From: Torpedo marmorata
Taxonomy: Eukaryota
NCBI GenBank assembly: GCA_977017645.1
Contig: OZ360226.1
Location: 146,754,001-146,818,000 of the forward strand
Length of the DNA stretch: 64,000 nucleotides
Direction: 5' to 3'
The notes below the pieces were generated by a model that saw only the letters and a list, made by a program, of their open reading frames with translations, did not search any database and had not been told where the DNA came from. This document shows, one piece after another, positions 56,208 through 64,000 of this stretch. How positions within the stretch are numbered: position 1 is the stretch's first letter; the number at the start of each line of letters is the position of its first letter. The position numbers and the translations under genes are program-made.

Positions 56208-58110
56208 TAATTCCATTCTAATCTATCAAAAGCCTTTTCGGCATCTAACTAGTGCTTATTCGTCTTTCTTTTGTGCCACATTTATTAAACTAATCAATCT
56301 AGCAATATTATCTTTTGAATATCTATTCTTAATAAAACCCGCTTGATCTGCATGAATTAAATCTGGTAAATATTTAGCCACTCTATTTGCTAAAATTTTC
56401 GCCATTATCTTATTATCCACATTTAACAATGAAATTGCTCTATATGATTCTGTTTTCAACAAATCTCTATCTTTTTTAGGTATAACTGTTATTATTGCAT
56501 TTGAAAATGTTTCCGGGAGAGAATGAGCTTCCGTTATTTATTTTAACACCTCCATATATGGAGGTATCAATAAATCCTTAAATTCCTTATAAAATTCTGA
56601 TGGGAAACCATCCTCCCCCGGAGACTTTCCACTTGTTAAAGAACTAAGAACATCGTTAACTTCTCTCATCGTAAACGATGTATCTAAAAGTTTTTTACTT
56701 TGAATATTTAATCTCGGTAACTTAATTATTCATTAATTTTAGAATCATCTTTATCAGTTTGAGACTTATATAAATTTAAATAAAATTCCTTAAATGAATC
56801 ATTTATTTCTCGAGGTTTATATGTTTTTTTCTTTGAATTCTTTTTTATAGCACTTATAGTTCTAGAAGTTTGTTCTTTCTTTAATTGCCATGCTAACACT
56901 TTATGAGCTCTTTCTCCCAGTTCGTAATATCTTTGCTTAGTTCTTTCAATTAATTTTTCCATTTTATATGTTTTTAACATATTATAATATAATTTTTTTC
57001 AGTTAAATTTTTTCTCTTTTCTTCTGTTCCTTTTTTTGCAAATCCTTCTCCAAAAACTCAATCTCCCTCTCCAGATTATTCAATTCCTGAATATATTCCT
57101 TCTTAACTTTTGCTGAATAACTTATTATTTGACCTCTTAAATAAGCCTTTAAAACTACCCAAATAATAAATTTATTGTTAATCAAATTAGAATTAATCTG
57201 TAAAAATTCTTGAATTTCTCTGATATAGTTACAAAAATCCATTCTTTTCAATAAAGAAGAATTAAATCTCCTTCTATATATTATTTTTTCTTTTTCTGGA
57301 ATTATACATGACATTAATAGAGGTGAGTGATCAAAAATTATTCTAGCTTTATATTGCGCTTGAGTCACCCTATCTTATAATTGTGATGACAATAAAAACA
57401 TATCTATTGTAGAATAAGAATCATGTCTAAAAGTATAAAAGGAATAATCTTTTTCTTTTGGATTCAACTTCCTCCAAATATCTATTAAATTCAAATCTTT
57501 CATCAAAGTAAGAATTCTTTTAGCAGTTTTAGTTCTAATAATTGATTTCGATGTTTTATCCATTATTGGATCTAAACAACAATTAAAATCCCCACCAATT
57601 AAAATATTATCATTTGCTTCTGACAAGTGCATAAACGAATCTTGAATAAATTGTTCATCTTCCATGTTTGGCACATATATATTCATAAGTGTCCACATTT
57701 CTGAATATATTTGACAATTTATTAAAACATATCTTCCTGCAACATCTATAACCACAGATTGTATTTTAAAAGGTAACTTTTTATTAATTAATATAACAAC
57801 TCTTTTTGCTTTAGAATTAAATGAAGACGCTACCACTTGACCAACCCATTCTCTTTTCAACTTCTGATGTTCTATTTCTGTCAAATGTGTCTCTTGTAAA
57901 AAAAAAAGAAGCTATATCAACTTTTAACTTTTTAATATATGCTTAAATTTTCTTCCTTTTAATCGGATTATTTAGCCCATTTATATTGATACTTACTACA
58001 TTTATTGATTTACTATCCGCCATTTCTAATATTTAATAACTCTCTCTCCATCAGACTTACAGGTTCCCACTTCCACATTTGTAATATATTTGACATCTCC
58101 TTAGAAAATC

Positions 58111-58537
58111 ATTGGCTGGTACGGAGGTGCCAACGTTCAGGACAAGAAAAAGCTCCAGAGGGTTGTTACCTCAGCCTGCGACATCACAGGCACCAGACCT
58201 CACTCCAACGAGGACATCTACATGAGGCGGTGTCTTAAAAAAGCAGCCTCTATCCTCAGGGATCCCCACCACCCAGGCCATGCCCTCTTCACTCTGTTAC
58301 CATCGGTAAAAATGTACAGGAGCCTAAAAAAAAGCACTCAACGGCACAAGGACAGCTTCTTCCCCGCTGCCATCAGATTCCTGAATGATCAATGAACCAC
58401 AGACACTGCCTTACTTTGACTTTTCGTGCACTATTTTTATTTATTGTTGTAAGGTGGTTTATATGAATGTTTGCACTGTGATGCTGCCGCAAAACAATGA
58501 ATTTCGTGACTTGTTCATGACAATAAATTCTGATTCT
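58111..58537 (+). mobile_element. Rex1/Babar LINE 3' end
   Basis: WYGGANVQDKKKLQRVV...DPHHPGHALFTLLPSVK...DSFFPAAIRFLN; tail AATAAATTCTGATTCTGA. Confidence 0.8.
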
Positions 58538-59660
58538 GAGATGGCTTCAAAATTAGTAACCCCCCCTCCCCCCTTGTTTGCTCCAACAACACCCTCCCCT
58601 TGCTTTCCTCATGTCTCTGACCCTATTTCTCCTCCTCCTTTTCTTCTCTTTACCTGCCCACTACCCACACCTTCCCTCTTCCTATCAGAGTGCATTGTCA
58701 TGTCCTCAGCCTTCTGCCTCTTTCATTTTTTGCCCCCTCACCTGTATCCACCTATCACCTGCCAACCTGTGCTCCTCTCACTCCCCCACCCTTCCATTCT
58801 GGCATCTGCTCATTTCTTGCTAATCCTGGTGAAGAGTTTCGGCCCAAAACATTGACTGTCTATTGCCTTCCATGGATGATGCCTGACTTGCTGAGTTCCT
58901 CCAGTATTTTGTGTGTAGTCTACATTTTGTCTTTCTCTTCCTCAGAGCAATAATAATTATTTTATAATTTTATTTGTCATGCTTTGAGCCATATAAATAT
59001 TGCTGATCTAAAACAATTGTCCTTCCTGCACAGATATTGTTTGCAGGTTACATTGATTTAAATTTCCTAGCTAAATCTAGATAGTTTCTCATTAATGTTA
59101 TTTCTAGAAATGTTCTCATTGACCTTGTCCTATTATCTTGCGAGGTTCTCACTCACATTTGGAGTGAAACATGAAAGTCTGCAGATGCTGTGACTGTAGT
59201 AAAAACTCAGCAGGCCACACAGCATACTTTATGTAGTAAAGGTAAAGATACATATCCAACGTTTAGGGCCTGATCAATATGCAGGCACGTGCCTGAATAA
59301 AATGGTGGGGGGAGGAGCACAGGTCCACAGGCACGAGGTCGTAGGTGGAGATGGGAGGGAGGACATAAGAGCGAGATTATTGGGGGGGACTGGGTCAGGG
59401 GGGTAGGGGAAGTTGGGGGGGGGGGAGAGTGGTTTTCTTACTTGATCAGGGACTGCAGAAACAGATTTCAGGAGCTTCCCCATAAATGCCAGACTAAAAA
59501 AGGTATAATACAGCTTTAAATCAAGGTTTATCCAATTTCATGCGGCAAAAATAACTGATACAGAGTGATTGTGAGAAATGGTTCAGGTGGGTCAATAAAA
59601 ATTGCTCAGATATTGAACAAATTGAATTGTGGAGTGCAATCTAACAACATTAATAAATTC

Positions 59661-62385
59661 AATAGAACAATAGAACAATACAGCACAGTACAGGCCCTTC
59701 GGCCCTCGATGTTGTGCCGACCTATATATTCCTTCCTAAAAATATAAAAAAAGTACTAAACCCTCCCTACCCCGTAACCCTCTATTTTCCTTTCATCCAT
59801 GTGTCTGTCTAAGAGTCTCTTAAATGCCCCCAATGTTTCAGCCTCCACCACCATCCCCAACAAGGCATTCCAGGCACCCACAACTCTCTGTGTAAAAAAA
59901 CTTACCCTGATGTCTCCCCTAAACTTCCCTCCCTTAACTTTGTACTTATGTCCTCTGGTGTTTGCTGATCCTGCCCTGGGAAACAGGTGCTGGCTGTCCA
60001 CCCTATCTATGCCTCTCATAATTTTGTAGACCTCTATCAAGTCTCCTCTCATCCTTCTACGCACCAAAGAGAAAAGTCCCAGCTCTTCTAACCTTGCCTC
60101 ATAAGACTTATTTTCCAATCCAGGCAACATCCTGGTAAATCTCCTCTGCACCCTCTCCATAGCTTCCACATCCTTCCTATAATGAGGTGACCAGAACTGA
60201 ACACAATACTTTAAGTGTGGTCTTACCAGAGATTTGTAGAGTTGTTACATGACCTGAACTCAATCCCCCTATTAATGAAGCCCAGCATCCCATAGGCCTT
60301 CTTAACTATCCTATCAACCTGTGCGGCGACCTTGAGGGATATATGGATTTGAACCCCAAGGTCCATCTGTTCATCCACACTCTTAAGTAACTGACCATTA
60401 ACCCTGTACTCAGCCTTCTGGTTTTTCCTTCCAAAATGTATCACCTCACACTTATCCGGATTGAAATCCATCTGCCACTTTTCTGCCCAACTCTGCATCC
60501 TGTCTATATCCTCTTGTAACCTTCGACAACATTCAGCTCCATCCACAACTCCTCCAACCTTCGTGTCATCCACAAACTTACTGACCCATCCTTCCGCCTC
60601 TTCATCCAGGTCGTTTATAAAAATCACAAAGAGCAGGGGTCCCAGAACAGATCCTTGCGGCACTCCACTAGTCACTGACCTCCAGGTAGAATACTTTCCT
60701 TCCACTACTACTCTCTGCTTTCTCCCTACAAGCCCATTTTTTATCCACACAGCCAAGGTTTCACTGATCCCGTGCCTCATGACTTTCTGGATGAATCTCT
60801 CGTGGGGGACCTTGTCAAATGCCTTGCTAAAATCCATGTGGACCACATCTACCACCCTACCCTCATCAATTTCTTTTGTTACCTCCTCAAAAAACTCAAT
60901 TAGTCTCGTGAGGCATGACCTTCCCTTCACAAAGCCATACTGACTATCTTTGAGTAGACTGTACTTCTTCAAATGCTCATAGATCCTATCCTTAAGAATT
61001 CTCTCCATTAGTTTGCACACCACTGAATTAAGACTCGCCGGTCTATAATTCGCAGGATTCTCCCTATTACCTTTTTTAAACAAGGGGACTACATTTTCCA
61101 TTCTCCAATCCTCTGGCACCTTCCCTGCAGCCAAAGAGGATTCAAAGATCATAGCTATTGACCCAGTTATCTCTTCTCTCACTTCCCACAGCAGCCTGGG
61201 GTATATCGTGTCTGGCCCTGGGGACTTATCAATCTTGATGTTTTTAAGAAGATCCAACACTTCCACTTCCTTAATCTCCACATTGTCCAGCACACAGGCC
61301 TGTTCAATTTCGACCTCACCGTGATCAATATCCTTTTCTCTTGTGAATACTGATGCAAAGTATTCATTTAGGAACTCCCCAACCTCCTCTGCCTCCAGGC
61401 ACATGTTGCCTCCTTTATACTTTAGCAGCCCCATCTTCATTCTCGTCATCCTTCTGTTCTTCACATACGCATAGAATGCCTTGGGGTTCTCCTTAATTTA
61501 ACATGCCAAGGCCTTCTCATGCCCCCTTCAAGCTCTCCTAAGTCCTTTCTTAAGCTCCTTCCTGGCTACCATATATTTCTCATGAGCCCTTCCTGTTTCC
61601 TGCTTCCTATATCTAATGTATGCTTCCATCTTCCTCTTGACCAGTTGCCTCACCTGTTTCATCAGCCATGGTTCCCCTTTCCTACCATCTTTTCCTTGTC
61701 CCAGTGGGAAAAACCTATCTTGAACCCCGCACGTGGTCCCTAAACCTCCTCCAAATTACTTCTGTGCTTTTACCCTTAAACATCTGTTTCCAATTTACTT
61801 TCGCTAGTTCCTGCCTCATCCCTTCATAATAAGCCCTTCCCCAGTTAAGCACTTTCCCATTTTGACTGTTTTTATCCTTTTGCATAGCTATGTTGAAGCT
61901 AAGGGAGTTGTGGTCATTCTCACCAAAATGCTCCCCCACCAAGAGGTCCGCCACCTGACCAGGTTCAGTATGGCCTCCTCTCGTCGGCCGGTCCACATAC
62001 TGGGTCAGGAATCCTTCTTGAACACACCTGACAAATTCAGCCCCATCTATCCCTCTTGCAGTCAGTAGGTGCCAGTCAATATTAGGGAAGTTGAAATCAC
62101 CTATAACTACAACCCTGTATTTCCCGCACCATTTCAAAATCTGACTGCTTATCTGCTCCTCGGTGTCCCGAGGGCTATTTGGGGGCCTATAGATTACTCC
62201 CAGCACAGTGATAGCTCTCTTCCCATTTCTGACTTCCACCCACACCGACTCAGTGGATACTCCCTCTGCAGCGTCCTCCCTTTCTATAGCCGTGATACTA
62301 TCCCTGACCAGTAATCCTACTCCCCCCCATCCCTTTTCTACCTCCCATCCTATTCTTTTTAAAACACCTAAACCCCGGTACCTGA
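59661..62385 (-). mobile_element. 5'-truncated CR1 LINE (EN and RT, frameshifted)
   Basis: ORFs 61715-62245 (YRPPNS, GDFNFP), 60223-61464 (RT) and 59756-60169; (TTCTATTG)n tail. Confidence 0.93.
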
Positions 62386-62866
62386 AATTCTAAGTAATAA
62401 GGAATTTGATTCAATCTCTCTGAAACAGTAACGCAGTTAGAAATCTTTGATTCAGAGTTTCTTTTGAAGTGTATGTTTTTTTGTCAGCTTTAAAAGACCA
62501 TTTTTTTAAAAAAATTGTTTTATTTGTATTAGTGTAAGTTAAAGAAATATTGGACAAAGCTTCATATCTAAATTCTAAAATATGTATTGCTATTAAGTTT
62601 GAAGTGTCAGAATTGTGGAGATTGTGGCAAATTTTTCAAAACAAGCATTTTCTGTTAGCAAATCCTCCATGCTCACAGTTTTGTACTACTTTAAAGCATC
62701 CTTCCTGTCGATATCCTTCAATCAATAGAAGGGACATTGGTTGTCAAAAGCCAGGGAATCTTGTTTTATACATTGAGTTAATTTTGCACGTACAGCTTTG
62801 ATTCTCCTCACCAGCATTGTTAGCTGGTTTTGTAACTGCCTTCTGTCAATTCCACCCCCCACCCCC

Positions 62867-64000
62867 TGATATGCCTATCAATTAGCACTCAAGAGACTAT
62901 GAGAGGGTTAATGAACCATAGGCTTTAATACACATAAAACAGACCAACAGTAGACCTGCAGATCTCGACCGGACTGTGGGCGGAGCAGTGGCACACAGGC
63001 CTTTATTCAGTTGAGAAAAGGGGAGGGATTATCTGGACACCCAAAGGAGGGGAGAGGAGTCGCCGGGACAGACAGCAGTACATACAATACACAAACAGTG
63101 GTTTACCACATTCACCCTCCTTTTAAAAGAGTCCAGCGGGGTGAAGTGGCCACAATACAATCGCTACAGGAATTCAAAATATTTACAATCATAATCTACA
63201 GGTCAAGGCGATCCGGTGGTTTGGCTCGCCTTTGTGACCTGCGCAGTACCCTGGGTGCGGGTTGTGGTGCAGAGGGTACCCTGGGTGCGGGTTGTGGTGC
63301 AGGGGAAGATGGCAAGGCCGTCGCCTCCTCCTGTGGTGCTGGGTGAGATGGCAGGATTGTGGGTTCCATCGAGGGTGCCTGGTCTGACGTTGTAGAAGAG
63401 GGAATAGGGAGAGGCCGCAGCGAGTGGTCTTGCCGGTCGAGAGTTTCCTCCGGCGCTCCCGCGAGCGCCAGGTCCCGAATTGAGACCGTGTCCTCTCTCC
63501 CATCCGGGAAGACCACGTAGGCGTACTGCGGGTTAGCGTGCGCTAACTGCACCCTCTGGACCGCGGGCTCATATTTGCTGCTCCGGAGGTGGTTGCGGAG
63601 CAGCACCGGCCCCGGAGACGTCAGCCAGGCAGGCAGGGCGGTTCCGGTGTTCGACCTCCTGGAGAAGGAGAAAAATCTCTCATGGGGCGTTACATTGGTG
63701 GCTGTGCACAGTAAGGACCGTATCGAATGGAGGGCTTCGGGGAGAACATCTTGCCAGCGGGAAACCGGCAGTCCCCTGGACTTGAGAGCCAGGAGCGCCG
63801 CCTTCCAGACAGTGGCGTTCTCCCTTTCCACCTGTCCATTACCTCGGGGGTTGTATGCGGTGGTCCTACTAGTGGCGATGCCCCGGGTCAGCAGGAACTG
63901 GCGCAGCTCCTCACTCATAAAAGCTGATCCCCGGTCGCTATGAATGTAGTTCGGGAAGCCGAACAGCGTAAATACCTGGCGAAGAGCTTTTATGGTTGAG
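62867..64000 (-). mobile_element. Ty3/Gypsy element related to 13449-17958: 3' LTR (62867-63110), PPT and integrase; continues beyond the window
   Basis: LTR clearly homologous to 13449-13699; integrase HSDRG, GQVEREN, RRSQRRAKPPDRLDL*. Confidence 0.93.
63196..64000 (-). CDS. pol: Gypsy integrase C-terminal part (5'-partial)
   Basis: ORF 63196-63918 aligns by eye with the end of the pol ORF at 13789-16800; a 30-bp tandem duplication lies at 63246-63305. Confidence 0.9.
   Translation of the reverse strand, partial: STIKALRQVFTLFGFPNYIHSDRGSAFMSEELRQFLLTRGIATSRTTAYNPRGNGQVERENATVWKAALLALKSRGLPVSRWQDVLPEALHSIRSLLCTATNVTPHERFFSFSRRSNTGTALPAWLTSPGPVLLRNHLRSSKYEPAVQRVQLAHANPQYAYVVFPDGREDTVSIRDLALAGAPEETLDRQDHSLRPLPIPSSTTSDQAPSMEPTILPSHPAPQEEATALPSSPAPQPAPRVPSAPQPAPRVLRRSQRRAKPPDRLDL

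Larger units (their letters stand above)
55141..58004 (-). mobile_element. Degenerate L1 ORF2 (EN and N-terminal RT), interrupted by a pogo MITE
   Basis: ORFs 57375-57884, 57003-57368, 56726-56980 and 56256-56462 match the L1 ORF2 at 6477-10268. Confidence 0.9.

Overview
Eukaryotic, vertebrate-type genomic DNA made up mostly of nested transposable elements; no bacterial-type genes, rRNA, tRNA genes or CRISPR arrays were seen. The mix of very AT-rich L1s, CR1 LINEs, V-domain tRNA-SINEs, Penelope, Rex/Babar, RTE, pogo/Tigger, Gypsy and BEL/Pao elements points to a cartilaginous fish (shark or ray; inference). Main elements: a full-length L1 with both ORFs open and a TSD (6194-12205, -); a young full-length Gypsy with LTRs identical at 250/251 bp and a 5-bp TSD (13449-17958, -); a related decayed Gypsy (29278-39079, +) containing an L1 that itself contains a CR1; a third relative at the right edge; a CsRN1-type Gypsy with a tRNA-Trp PBS; a BEL/Pao gag with a SAP domain; a DD35D pogo and its MITE. 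The most interesting signal is in the Mag-like Gypsy group. These elements have no tRNA primer-binding site; the 14 nt after the 5' LTR are instead complementary, with compensatory changes between families, to the LTR's own AATAAA region. The PPT also sits in a conserved hairpin, and a YY1/ETS motif cluster is embedded in the gag-protease linker. This suggests self-priming and/or poly(A)-site occlusion. A few possible minus-strand host exons are reported at low confidence. Boundaries of old fragments are approximate.
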